A DNA stretch of 64,000 bases from NCBI RefSeq assembly GCF_009914755.1, contig NC_060945.1, one strand, 5' to 3'. This document shows positions 1 through 13,282 of this stretch, piece after piece. The DNA comes from the human T2T-CHM13v2.0 reference genome, Homo sapiens. A model generated the notes under the pieces. The model saw only the letters and a list, made by a program, of their open reading frames with translations, was not told the origin of the DNA and did not search any database. The translations under genes were made by a program, and so were the position numbers. Positions within the stretch are counted from its first letter, which is position 1, and the number at the start of each line of letters is the position of its first letter.

Positions 1-48
1 GTGTAAGGCAATCATCAGTGTTACATTTCATTAGAAAGATGGCTTTTA

Positions 49-326
<278 letters not shown>

Positions 327-712
327 CTAGCCAGCTTCACAATGGAGGCAGTTCCATAATTTGTTGGGATTTTGGAATGGCAGTGAGCTACATATCTTTT
401 CTTTCATGTTCTAACATATAGAAAACAAACTAAGTCTTTGTATATTAGCTAACTCAGCAGAACAGTCTGTGGGAGATTATATTGATCTTGAATACACAGT
501 GCACATGTATTGGATATTGATGCATAATTTGGGTCTAATTTCTTCTCGTATCTAAATACTCGTAAACATTTAGAATGGTTTAAATGTACAGGCTCAGAAT
601 GACTTTAATAGGACCTTTAAAATTTATATTTATATATTTAAATAACTGCTGATGGCACTGTTGTTTATAATATTAGGTTTCTTGCTGACCTCTCAGAATT
701 TTCCTTAGAGCC

Positions 713-1249
713 TGAGACAGGCCGACTGGTTGGTTCCCTATCTTAAGATTGTCTGAAGGAAAAGGATAAAAGCCCCTCAACTCAAACTCTAGCTTGTCTA
801 ACTCTCAGCCAATCAGCAATAAAAGACCAAGGAAGCTATTAATTGCAAATTTCTATTTCAGGGGGCTAGAGGCTTTCCCAGAGTCCCATATGTGGAGTCA
901 GACTTAAACTCCAACCTAAAGTTATCTTTTCCTCATTTCAACACTAAAGTTCATGCCCAGGGGTGGAGATTTAAAATTCTAATGCTACATGCAATGTATG
1001 AAGAAACATGTTGAGCCATTGTGCAGGTGCTAGCAAAACTCTCCCTATACATTCCCTGAGGGAATCCTTCCCTATGGAAAGACCCTATACCTAACCGAAC
1101 CACACAGTATCTTTGGGGAACAGCCCACTCCTTTTTGCTCTCTCATGGCTGGCTCCCTGAGAGGTAATAAACTCTCTTCATTGCTGCCTCTGGTGATCTC
1201 TCTTGATTTCTATCCTGAGAAATCACAAGATCTCAGGGCACTGGTAAGA
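713..1249 (+). mobile_element. Probable ERV1-class solo LTR, family unassigned
   Basis: TG start (tgagacagg), ccaatc box, aataaactctctt poly(A)-like signal near the 3' end; boundaries approximate. Confidence 0.4.
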
Positions 1250-1286
1250 AGCTTGTCACAGATTCTTTGAATTTCCTCAATGGTTC

Positions 1287-2115
1287 TGAAACAGGAGTGT
1301 TCCCTTGACCCCTTTGCAGGACTTGTGACATGAGTGACTTGTTTACTTGTTTACCATGCTGAATCCCTTATGGAAGGAAGCACATGAGTGGATGGGTGTG
1401 GGAACCAGAGCAAATGAATGTGGAACTGGCCTGTGGCTCCTCTCCGGCGGGAGCAAGCTTTGTGTGGGTTCTGCAGCAGTGTCAAAGTGTGTTACAATAG
1501 TCTTTTAGCTCTGCGGTCTGGGAGGGGCTGTCTGCGACCCCCAGAGCCCCAGAGGGCATGTGTTACAATCAGTGCTCCTTTAACATTTGCTGTCTGTGGA
1601 TGGCTAAGTGTTAACCAGCTCAGTGGAAGGTCAGGGTGACAGCCTTTTACACTTTGCTGTCTTGGTACCTGAGTTCTGATCCAGCGTCCAGGAAGAATCA
1701 GGTCACATGAACAAATTGAAGGTGGTGAATGTGGAGGACTTTATTGAGTGGTAAAAGTGGGCCTCAGTGGGAAAGGGAGCTGGAAAGGGGATGGAGTGGG
1801 AAGATAATCTTCCCCTGGAGCCCGGGTGTCTCCAGCTGAACTCCTCTCTGACCATAGTTTCTGACCTCCAGCTGCTTCTTCTCATCTCAATATCCAGACA
1901 CTTCTCTCTTCTGTGTGTGTGTCCACTGAGTCTGGGGCTTGGGGTTCTTATGGGCACAGGATAGGGGGTGGTGTGGGGTGGGCCAAAAGGCAACAATCAG
2001 GTGGGAAAACAGGGATAGTTCTCACTTTGGGCTGAGGGTCCAAGCTTGTGGGTGGAGCCCTTGCCAAAGATCCTGCCCTTTTCTACCAGTATTTGCCTGC
2101 CTTCTGTCCATTTCA
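1287..2115 (-). mobile_element. ERV1 solo LTR of the LTR1/LTR27/LTR28/MER52 group
   Basis: TG...CA termini with perfect 4-bp TSD gttc (1283-1286, 2116-2119); minus strand starts tgaaatggacagaaggcaggcaaatactggtagaaaagggc, resembling the recalled 5' end of this group. Confidence 0.8.
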
Positions 2116-3283
2116 GTTCAAGACAGTTTGTGCAATTTGGAAACAGCCAGATCTAAACAGTGTAAAATCTGGATAGTCAGGCAGAATAAGGCTGGAAAAA
2201 ATATATAATTATATAGAATAAAGCTGAAAAAATTCGCTGAGTAATACTCTGTGTGTGCACCTACATGCACATGTAACAAAGTGATAATTTCTATTTCCTT
2301 AGATGTTTCAAAATGTATCTTGAACATATGACAAATATTTAATGTTTTCTGGGTGACTACATTGAAGCCCACCACTCACTTGGGACAGAAAAGTCATTTT
2401 TTGGTGTGTGATTATACTTGCTATCTTATGGTCACAACTTTTAATACTACATAGAAGCATTAATATTTTTATTTTTCCTTTAGATCCTTCACTGAATTCA
2501 ACCCAGTCTACTCAACAGTTCACCAAGAGTCTTGCTATCTCCAATTTCAGGATATGCTTTCCATCACCAATACCCAGGTTAATGGACACTCCTCAACCCT
2601 TTGTCAGTCCCTGCCCAGTGTTGCCTTTGAGACTGAACTCTGGACAGCCTTTCCATGTTCTCTTTTCTGTAAAAAGGAGACTTTTTATTTCTGGCAGCAC
2701 TTGCCTAGGAGATAGCAAAGTTAAATGTTGTGTTTCATCACAATCAGTCTCAACTAACTAAAACTAATTAAACACTAGGGATTTTGAGTAACCCACCTAC
2801 CCTCACTAGACCCTTTCTTTATCTAACTGAAGATGTTCATGATCAAGAAGCAAGAGGCTGTCTCACAGATCTCAGCCTTGTATGAAAGGTAGTTCTCAGT
2901 GCTTAATTAGCACCAGCAGCATGGCCCTACACTTCATAGCATTTAAAACCTTCAGTTTTGCCCTTAAGTCCACCTATGCAGTTGTCCCCTAATAAGCTCA
3001 GCTCAGCTCCAGGCCACCCCTGGCTCTGTGGCCCATGGTTTTTGTATTATTCTTTGTCATCTCTAATTAGCCTCTTCTGCCTCACCACTACTTAATTATT
3101 TATCCTTCTCAGAACTTCTGGCGTGTATTGTACTATATTTTACTTTTAAAATATGTTGCCAGTGTTCTCAGTTTGTCATTTATATGACATGTTCCATGAC
3201 AAAGTACATCCCTAATACAAAGCCTTAAGCAATCTCATTAAGGACAGATTGCTGATATCTAATTTCTTTTCCCATTCCTAGAG

Positions 3284-3455
3284 GCAGTGGTCTTCAAAGT
3301 GTGGCCTCCAGACAGCAATATCAATATCATCTGGGAATTTGCTAGAAATGTAAATTCCCAAGTCCCAGCTCAAACTCAATGAATCAGAAACTCTGGGTGT
3401 GGGGCCCAGCAGTCCTTCAGGTGTTTCTAACCACATATTCAAATTTGACAATCAT
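3284..3455. mobile_element. MER5A (hAT-Charlie MITE)
   Basis: cagtggtcttcaaagtgtgg...gaatcagaaactctgggtgtggggcccagca motifs. Confidence 0.75.
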
Positions 3456-4196
3456 TTACTCAGGGTCTCACCCTTGGTAGTATCTTAATAAATGCCTGTT
3501 AGGTTGACTCTGATAAGTCTTTCTCTCAAGCCATCTTAAAAAGCATGGAATCCAAAAATTCCAGGAAGAAATGAGAAAAAATGTTACAAAGAATGAAGTA
3601 GGGATTTTAGGTTTATGAGCAATTAGAGGGAACCGAGTCTTCACAAAGAAACACAATATCCTGATTTCCTGTCTCATGCTTGATTTTCCTACATTGTCTC
3701 ACCTCAGCTGCGTGATTCCATGTATCTCACTAACCCTTCTGTTTGCCTTCTGTAAGGTTACATGTAGATTCTGAGAAAATTCTTTTTCAACTTTCTATCT
3801 CTTATTCCCATTTCACTCTATGTCTTCACAGAAAATTATCACTGCAAAGCTGAGCGGTTTCTGGAGAATCTTGGCTCATTCACTGAATTCTTTGGGAAGG
3901 GCTGCTTCCCTTTGCACATCTTCACTAAACTTGGACCTTTTTGATGACTCTCATTTTTTATCACCACCATAGTCCTTAGATGTCCAGTGGAGCAGGGAAA
4001 CTGATGGTTTTCTGCACAGGTTGCTCGGGGCAAAGATGGAAGTTGGAAGTAAGGAAAAGCATGGAGTTGGAATTGGATGCTGAATGCTGAAGCAAAAGAG
4101 TACTCAACGTCTCTATGGTTTTGCTTTGTGCTGGGCCTTCCTAAACCTTGTGAACACCTGATAAATGTTCATTTGATTATGTCAAGCTCTTTGGAG

Positions 4197-4336
4197 CAGT
4201 AGCTTTCAACCCTGATTAGGATGTCAGAATCCTTTGGAAGAATTTTTTAAAAATCTATGGGCATGGAACCCATCCATCAGTATTTTTAAAAATTTCCCAG
4301 GTGGTTTCCATGAGTAGCTAAGGTTGAGAACCGTGG
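4197..4336. mobile_element. MER5-family fragment
   Basis: cagtagctttcaac...cccaggtggtttc...ggttgagaaccgtg terminal inverted-repeat-like ends. Confidence 0.55.
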
Positions 4337-4925
4337 TTTTGGATTTCCCACTTGATGATTTTAAACCATAACATCACTTTGCCTATTTTTCTAAATATTC
4401 CTCTTTCTACAGTCAGCTTTCAAAAGTCAGACTACAACTGAATCAAAGAATTATACAAGAAAGGGGAAACTGAGCCATCCTTCAGCAACTCCAGGAACAA
4501 ATCAAGGTACATATAATGATGGGGTAGTAAATGCTAATACCGTCTATCTTCTTCCCTTGTATCTATCCCTGTTTTTGTTCCCCTCTTTCCACTCTGGCTT
4601 CCTATTCTCCCTTTGTGGCAAAATATCCACTATTCTTGAAGACAGCGAACCAGCAAACCTGCTAATATTAAAGCTTCAGTGACCCAATAGGTAGCTACAC
4701 TTTGAGGAACATTTTCATTTCCAAAGAAATTATCTGAAGAGAAAAATGTCTAATTCAATGGGCTGAAATGCAAATTGTTATGTTTCAGGCTAGAAAGATA
4801 TCTAACCCAAGGAACTTCCTTATCATGCTCTGGGAGACAGTAGGCTGCCTCATGGAAGGCCGTTATAGATGTCCAACTAAACATTGCAAAAAATAGAAGC
4901 ATTGGCTTGGGACTGAGAAATGATA

Positions 4926-5005
4926 TTCATTTGGTGCAAAAGTAATTGCGATTTTTGCCCTTGAAAATGATGGTTAAAACTGCAATGACTTTTGCATCAA
5001 CCTAT
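4926..5005. mobile_element. MADE1 (Hsmar1-derived MITE)
   Basis: Palindromic ttggtgcaaaagtaattgcgatttttgcc...aaaactgcaatgacttttgcatcaaccta; TA at 4924-4925. Confidence 0.9.
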
Positions 5006-7475
5006 GGATTAGTAATTGATACACAAAGACATGACACATGAGAATACCAAGTGCACTGCTTGGCACATAGTAGACATTCAACAAATGCTTCTTGCTGACA
5101 ACTTTTGCTTTCCTCCTCAATCACCCACTTTTTAGAATCCTTGAAAAAATCTTACAAATTTTTCAAATATTCAGGAAACTTAAATAACATCAGATTTAGA
5201 GAAGAATTATTGACTGTAGCCAATTTTTGGACCTATACATTTTTTAAACTATGTGATGGGAATCTCTTCATTTTTTAGAGCAAAATGGATGCATATCAAT
5301 TACAAACCTTGCTAAATCATCCTTTCTATCTCTGAGGCAATAAAATTCATTATCCTGGTTAGTTTGAGGATATACTTAACCCATAAACACCAACAGCAAG
5401 TATAGATTCAGACATTTGTATCTATAATTTAGACAGTTTAAAATGCAATATTAAGTAATTCAAAAATTGTTCAAAGCTCAGTACCTTTTCACACATTAAT
5501 ACTTTGATTATCAACTTCCTTTTAAAGAGTGAGTAGAAAAGGTTAGTAAGTAGAAAAGAGTAAAAGAGGCCTTTCTTTCACAACTTGCCAAGACGTGCAT
5601 TACTTATTTAAAATAAAAAAAAAATGCTGTTTGAAAAACAAGAAGGATGGCAAGAATGAAGCTCCTTCATGCAAGATACCTCTGACTACCCTCTAAAGAC
5701 AGTTACTATGGCATGGTCATAGAATTACTGCAGGAAAAAATTTGTCCACTGAGGCTGCTTCCTCCAGAGGTAAGGTTTAACTTATGGTAACTTGCTATGG
5801 ATCAACAGCTCAAGATGAAGTGTGTGGCTGGCAATTTAAGTGTAAAATTAGATTTCCAGTATAATCAGTCATCTGATAGCCCATCTAAATGTATTCTGCA
5901 TTTGCACATTTAATTAATTATGTCTTAATTGAAAACATTTTGCTCATAATGATTGGTTCTAATTTTATTCCAAATTAAATTAGTAGGGGAGAAATTTAGT
6001 TTGGGAATTTATTGATTTATATATATATTAAAGAAAAAGTAAAAATAATGGATTTTCTCTTTTCTTCTTAAAAGGAAATATCTTTCTGCTCATTTAGAGG
6101 TGCAAAGGAAAACATTTAGAACTTTCCAGATGAATAAATTGCATTTCATCTGAATGAACATCTAACTTTGGAGATGGAGAGAACATTCTTTTGTATTGTT
6201 GTAGATATGCCTAGTATAATATTGGTATAATTAATTTTTCAGCTACAATGCAGATTCCTGGGTCAGTGCAAAAGACCTTGTTTATTTAGAAGTGATTATC
6301 TGAGAAAGTGGCTCATTAGTCTTAGATTCTTGGAATGCACAGTCTGGTCTAGAGATTAAAATAGCTATTTAAATTCCCTTTATGAAAATTGTGCCTGACA
6401 GGGCACTTCCATGTGCAGTGAGGTTTGTATTTGCACATCTAGAGCATCCAGGAAATCAGCAAAGGTGGGTTTTGTGTCTTTAGATATGCTACAGTTGATA
6501 AACCCTAAGATTCAGATATTAACTATTGGATAAGCTCTTGCATTTCCCATAACTTTAGCTTTGAAGCCATTCATTACCTTAATACTAAGGAAAGAATGTC
6601 AGAAAATCCAAAGAGAGAGAATTCTCAGTTATGATTTTTGGACATATAATTGGAAAGAAGTCAGATTTGGCTTTTACAATTAGTGCCATATAATGTCACA
6701 CAAAGTATTTCCTGCAGTGTGCTCAAAGAGGTCAATTTGTGATTTATTTGCAAGTCATAGTTCTGAAATTACTGACTTGTGTGTGTAACAATTTAGCTTT
6801 AACTTGGGCACTTAATTTAGCATTAAATATAGCTCCTCTTCAATATTGACCCTTGCCCTGAACAAGATGTCATTTCATAAACCCAGTTAAACATGGTGCC
6901 TACTGTGGTTTAAATACCAAGACAGATTAAATGTATTGTCCAGTTTCACAGATCAGCAATGCTTCTCTTCCTGTATCACTAGCTCATGATAATAACATAA
7001 GGGACCAGTCTGTGCCAGTGGATGGGCCAGAATTAAAAGAAGATAAATATTGATGTCCTGCCTGAAAGAAAACTGGGCACCCAAGGTGTCAGAGAGTTGT
7101 CTGATATACTGTGACATGAATGTCCCATATATATAAATTGCAGCCTTTTTAAAATAAGGTAGAATTGTTTGTGGAAGATTAAAAACTCTCTTTCTAAATT
7201 GTTGAATTAAAATATTTAGTTAAATAAATCACTGCTATTTTCATCAATGTTGGAGTTGTTTCTTCAAGTTTGTGTGTTTTCTCAATTAGAAAAAAAGTCT
7301 AATTTGTTTAAATAGTGAGAAGTCAACATTGAACTGTTGTCTACTCAATAGCCACAATTCCTTATTTCTTGTTCACAATGAATAAGAAATTTGTATTGTT
7401 GCAACAAGTTCACAGACAATGGATTCCTCTCTCAATCTGAGAGGATGAGCCATGGTTGATCTAGGCCATGAATAT

Positions 7476-8250
7476 TGTGGTAGATTGTATTGTGTGTTCC
7501 TAATTCTTTGTTCTCTGGCCAGGTGCAGTGTCTCACGCCTGTAATCCTAGCACTTCAGGAAACTGAGGCAGGCAGATTGCCAGAGCTCAGGAGTTCGATA
7601 CCGGCCTGGGCAACATGGCAAAACCCCTCTCTACTAAAAATACAAAAAATTAGCTGGGTATGCTGGTGTGCACCTGTAATCCCAGCTACTTGGGAGCCTG
7701 AGGTGTGAGAATCACTTGAACCCAGAAGGCGAAGAATGCAGTGAGCCAAGATTGTGCCACTGCACTCCAGCCTGGATGACAGAGCGAGACTCTGTCTGAG
7801 AAAAAAATAATTAAAACAGATGATTCTTGTTCCCTCCCCATCCTTACCTTTTTTTTAATGAGGAAAGAATATTTCCCAGTATCACTGACTTTGGGCTTGG
7901 CTATGTGACTGCTCTACCCAATAGAATTTGGTAGGTTAATAGTAATAGAAGTAACTAAGCAGAACTTTAAAGAAGTTTCTCCTCTTCAACTCTTGCTTAT
8001 AAAGCATTATAAAAATCAATATATATAAAGCATTATAAAAATCAAATGCTCTAAGTAGTCTGTGTCCTTCAACATGGGTCCAGGAATGAGAGACACCTGG
8101 AGCACACCTGACTCTCATCTGTAGTCTAAGGTAGAACTGCGGCAACCAATTCGCAAAATTCATGAGCAAGGAGTAAATGCTTGCTGTTATCGGTCAGTAA
8201 CTTCTTGTCATGTTTCTTAAGCATTATTGGAGCAAAAGCAAACTAATACA
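7476..8250 (+). mobile_element. Old MLT1 (ERVL-MaLR) LTR interrupted by an Alu
   Basis: tgtggtagattg start, gactttgggcttggctatgtgact core, aaactaataca end. Confidence 0.65.
7517..7815 (+). mobile_element. AluS
   Basis: Full dimeric Alu with A-tail; degenerate TSD taattctttgttctct / tgattcttgttccct. Confidence 0.95.
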
Positions 8251-8279
8251 AACGTTAGTGTAATTCCTTTGCTTGTGAT

Positions 8280-8686
8280 TGATTTAGAGATGAATATTTG
8301 TCCTGTTTCCAGGTAATACAATGTATTTAGGAAGAATGCCAAAGGAGGGAGCTTATTAGTAGGATTTTGACCTCTAATGAAAATGATGGCCAAATATATG
8401 AAATTTTTTCTTTCTTTGGTTTTTATTGTTTAAAGACATAATTATTTAAGTTGTGTTAGTTGTGTGTGATCTTATAACTGTGAGGAATTACATAGAATGA
8501 AAATGGAATGTGCTGTGGTGGCAGAACAGAAAGAAGTTGGGTGATTGACATTGTTGAGCTCTGCAGGAAATCTGTTAGTCTCCATTTCCGGAGGTCTTGC
8601 TATGTAGAAAAATTGGATGACTTTATTGCTTAAGTCACTATAAGAATGTTTTCTGTTACCTGCAACCCAATGCACCCAACTAATAA
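8280..8686 (+). mobile_element. Degenerate MLT1-type LTR
   Basis: 3' motif ttaagtcacta...ttttctgttacctgcaacccaatgcacccaactaata. Confidence 0.45.
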
Positions 8687-8812
8687 AGTATGTTTCTAGA
8701 AATACACTTGCCTGCACTCATTTTTAAGACACACAGACCACATACACATGGAGAGATATTTTTAAAGGTCTTGTACTACATAAATTGTACTATTTTTTAA
8801 TTTAAAAATATG

Positions 8813-9113
<301 letters not shown>

Positions 9114-9735
9114 GATAATGTGATTTTTTTATATTATAGCACATGTACAAGACTGAAATCTGTCTCATTTTTTAAAGTAACTGCCTAGTACTTTATGCAT
9201 GAACATCCTTTGCCTTCAAATTGAATTTGAGGATCAACCTCAGCTATTTTCATAAAATAAATTTAAAAATATATAAAAAGATGAAAAATATGAGGGAAAC
9301 ATTAAGTGAAATGGAATTTGAATTCATAAGTTGTGATATCCATCTAAATGAGTCACCAAGAGTTAAAAGATGAAAAATGAAAACAAATACTCACGGAAAT
9401 AATAGAAGAAAACTTTAAAAGGTAGAGAATAAACACATGCTGTAATGTCACTACCCACTCAGTGTTAAGTTAAATGGATTTGTTGAGAAGACTCCAAAAG
9501 CAGTTATAAATGTCGAGTATGTGTGTGCACATGTGTGTGTATATGTGTGCAACCCTATATAAAATATTTTAAAATCACTTTTATTGAAATATTGCATATG
9601 TACATCTAAGAACGAATTTTAAGCTTGATGAATTTTTACATTGTTGACACAGCCATTTAACTATCAGCTAAGAGAAGAAATAAAACATAACCAGCAACTC
9701 TCACCTCATTTTATATTCACTATCAATCCTTACTC

Positions 9736-10029
9736 TTTTTTTAATTTGAGACAGAGTCTCATTCTGTTGCTCAGGCTGGAGTGCAGTTGCATGATCTCAG
9801 CTCACTGCAACCTCTACACCCTGGGTTCAAGCAATTCTCATGCCTCAGCCTCCCAAGTAGCTAGGTTACAGGCACTCACCACCATGCCCAGCTAATTTTT
9901 GTAATTTTAGTAGAGACAGGGTTTTGCCATGTTGGCCAGGCTGGCCTTGAACTCCTGGCCTCAAGCAGTTTGCCCACCTCAGCCTCCTAAAGTGCTGGGA
10001 TTACAGGAATGAGTTACTGTGCCTGGCCC
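9736..10029 (-). mobile_element. Alu, inserted in an old L1M remnant
   Basis: T-tract, gagacagagtctc...ctgggattacagg...cctggcc. Confidence 0.95.
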
Positions 10030-10929
10030 ATTCCTCTTTTTTAATACCCCAAAGGCAACTGATATCCTAATTTCTCACACAAGGGATTGGTTTTGCCTGG
10101 GTGTTGAACTTTATATAAAGGGACTATCAGTACATTATTTGCCATATTGATCTACGTTATTTTATGTAACAATAATGCATATTTATTCATTGTTCCATAG
10201 TATTCCATGTAGAAATAGATCACAATTTATTTGCTATTTCTTCTCTTAATAGATATATTTGGGTTGGCTTCTGTTATTGTTATGAATACGATGCTTTAAA
10301 TATTCTTTTTCTAGTAAAAATATGTGCAGATTTATAGCTGAACAGAAAAAGCTTTGTCTTTTAACCTGGATATCTGGATTTTTTACTCTTGGTGAAAATA
10401 ACTGCAATGACATTTATCATGTATGATTTAAAGTCAGGAAATGCCTCCTGGTAACCTACAGGGTCAGTTTTTCACTGATGGGTTACAACTGGCCTAATTG
10501 GTTTGACAAACCTAGCTTGATTACATGGACAAGGAGACATAAAAGGCTTGTGGAGAATTTCTCCTCGAAGCCCTCCTGAAAGCATGATTCCTAGCACAGA
10601 ATCTTGGTGGTTGACACTGGAGACAGAATGCACACTCTGTGTCTGTGAATACTTGGAGCCCTGGGTAGCTTTCAACATGGGATGTCTTTCAGACTCCCAG
10701 TCCATGCCCGCACTCTCTTTCACTTGCTGCACCATATCCTTTGCCTTTAAATAAAAGCCCCATGTAAATATGTTCTATGGAATGTGGTGGTTCCTTTCAA
10801 ACATCCAAACAGGAAGCTTTTCAGTATGTATACATTTCTATTGATAATACACCTAAGAATGAATTTGCTATTTGCCAGTTCATAAAAGTATATATATTTA
10901 TATATTGAGCTTTAGACAAAATTTTCAAG

Positions 10930-11930
10930 TAAAATACAAAAAGAAATTTCTTGAACCATTAGAGAATAAGTTACTGACCTGATTTCCAGTTACCACCAAA
11001 TATTTTGGGGTTTATTCCTTACAAACAGGTTTCTCCTACATGTTCACAACACAACTGTCAGCATTGGTTGTATTCCCACTAATACCCTGTTACTGTCTAA
11101 TCCTCAGACCCCATTCAAGACCCTGGCACTCTACATTAAGCTACCCCTGTGTGTAGTTACCTTCTTCACTCTACTCTGACTCCAACACCTCATGCTTGGC
11201 CACCGTCATTCTTGGATGCCATCCCTGGGCTCTGATCTACTCCCTAGATTATCATCCATTTCACATAGACACTCTTCTCATCCTTCCTGGGTTAAACCCA
11301 CATGGGTGCTCACCCCACTCTGCTCAGTGAGGCTCTGACACTCCAACCTTGCTGTATCACTGTGGTGATGCCCTTTTCATCTTGCTTGGGTTCTGCCACC
11401 ACTTCTGTGTGGACTCCTTCTCCTGTTCTTTGGCTTTGATACCTGGCACCTTGGAGCCCTCCTATACAGATGCCCCTTTCAGTCTATTTACACCAGAAAA
11501 TCCCACAGTGACTTGACTCTTCTACATGCAAATCCTTTTTATCCCATTCTGTGCCACTGCCTTACATGGGTGTTCTCTTCCCACTAGCCTGAGGGGTTTA
11601 GACACCAGGTGATGGATAATACTTCTGTCTGGATGCTCCCTCACCTTGTTTTGATTCTGACACCCCACGTGGGTCACCTACATGCATTGAAGCCCTTACT
11701 CAGTTGTGGCTTCAATCCAAATGAGGCAGCCTTCCTCTGTAGAAGGAGGAATTAACCATTTTTCCCTATTCTAAAAATTAATCATTTCCCCAAAGAGCAC
11801 GGGTTTCTTTCATGGAGAAATAGTGTTTGGATACAAAGGTCTAGAGGCTAGGTGTTCTACTAGGGTGTCATTTCTTCTAGATTCTTTCACTTCACAAAGC
11901 TAAGAAATACATATGCATATACCAAGCAAA
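10930..11930 (-). mobile_element. L1MC4/L1MC5-type 3' UTR with internal degenerate repeats
   Basis: Recurring gatgccc...ctcac...ctctgacacc units, then ccatttccccaaagagcacgggtttctttc...ctaggtgttc, as recalled for L1MC 3' ends. Confidence 0.6.
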
Positions 11931-12729
11931 ACACACCATAAGGGTAAAATGATGACTTTTTTGAGGTTGGAGGTCACTATCTCTCCATCCTGTCTTCCTT
12001 AGAGTATTTCCTTGAAATCTTAATAGGTCCAAATAACAGGTTTATGCTTTTGATTTTGCAGTGGAAGAATGGGGACTTTCTGACCCTTGGAAGTGTAAAC
12101 AAATGCCTCCAAAACTTACTTGGGAGTTTTTCACAAGAGGACTATCTTAGGATGTAGCCCTTTGTCTCTTGAGGAGATGAGAAGTTATTCTTACTTCTGC
12201 TTTGCTAAATAAATTATGTGAAAGTCTGCCTAGACATTTTAGTCACTTTTGTAGTACCTACGTGCATAGAAATCTGACCATGTTCATGTAGTAATAAACT
12301 GTGTTCTCTTTTCTATGTTGGTTCAGAGAGGTCTTTGTTAGTGTTATTTTATTTCCAACAAACACACGGCCTATATTTCTGTATTGTTACTTTCTAGAGA
12401 TGGATGACTTTGGATGGTCAAATATTGATAGAAAGGCACTAGTGAAACATAATTCAGAAAAAACACATTTACAGATTTGGTGACAAGAAATGAAGAAATT
12501 TTTCATGTTAAGCTCCAATTATCTCTGAAAGGTAGAAGGAAAGTCATTAGTTGAGAGTATACATGGCATTGGAGTTGGAAGTTTTGAGAAAAGTGGAGGC
12601 TTACAAAATTAAAATAGTTGTTTCCAATAAGATGAAATAGAACTGATTAAAGAACAAAGGAGACATGATTGCTGAGGAGTCTCTCAGATTAGTTCACGTT
12701 GATCACTGTAGTCTATTGTTTCACAATAA

Positions 12730-12905
12730 CTCATTCCAAATCAAGCTGCATATTGGATTCACCTGGGATCTTTTAAGATATACCGATTTCTGGGTGCCAC
12801 CTGCAGAGATTCTGTTGTAATCACTCAGGAGTCTGACATCAGCATCCAGATTTCAAAAGTTCCCCGAGTGATTCTAAAGCATCCTGAAGATCAAGAACCA
12901 TTGAC
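12730..12905. mobile_element. MER5-family MITE
   Basis: tcacctggga...cagagattctg...aagttccccgagtgattcta...agaaccattg. Confidence 0.65.
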
Positions 12906-13202
12906 CCAGATAGAATGTTCATTGCCTTTATTGTTTTCCACAAAAACCTACCCATGTAAAGCATTTGTGAGGATATAAAAGTTTACTGAAAATTAGAAAT
13001 TGAGAGTTGAATTGGCAAACAAATTTAGTCAAATTAAATTCTGAGTTTTAATGCTTTCCTATGGCCAACCCAAGAGTGTGGAACTTTCCTTGGGCCTTCA
13101 CCCCATTGTCTCCAAACTCAAATCATTTCACTAACTCTTCTCCACCTTCCCAGTCTCTGCTTTCTGAATGCCACTTCCTAGTCTACCTGACTCTGGGAAC
13201 TA

Positions 13203-13282
13203 TCGGTTGGAGCAAAAGTAATTGCACTTTTTGCCATTAAAATTGATGTCGAAAACCACAAATTACTTTTGCACCAGCCTAA
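13203..13282. mobile_element. MADE1 (Hsmar1-derived MITE)
   Basis: 80-bp palindrome ggttggagcaaaagtaattgc...aattacttttgcaccagcctaa flanked by TA at 13201-13202 and 13283-13284. Confidence 0.92.

Noticed and set aside
11130-11720. Degenerate repeats of about 50-60 bp resembling an array
   Set aside because: Consistent with the internal repeats of L1MC4/5 3' UTRs; no identical repeats with unique spacers, so not CRISPR-like
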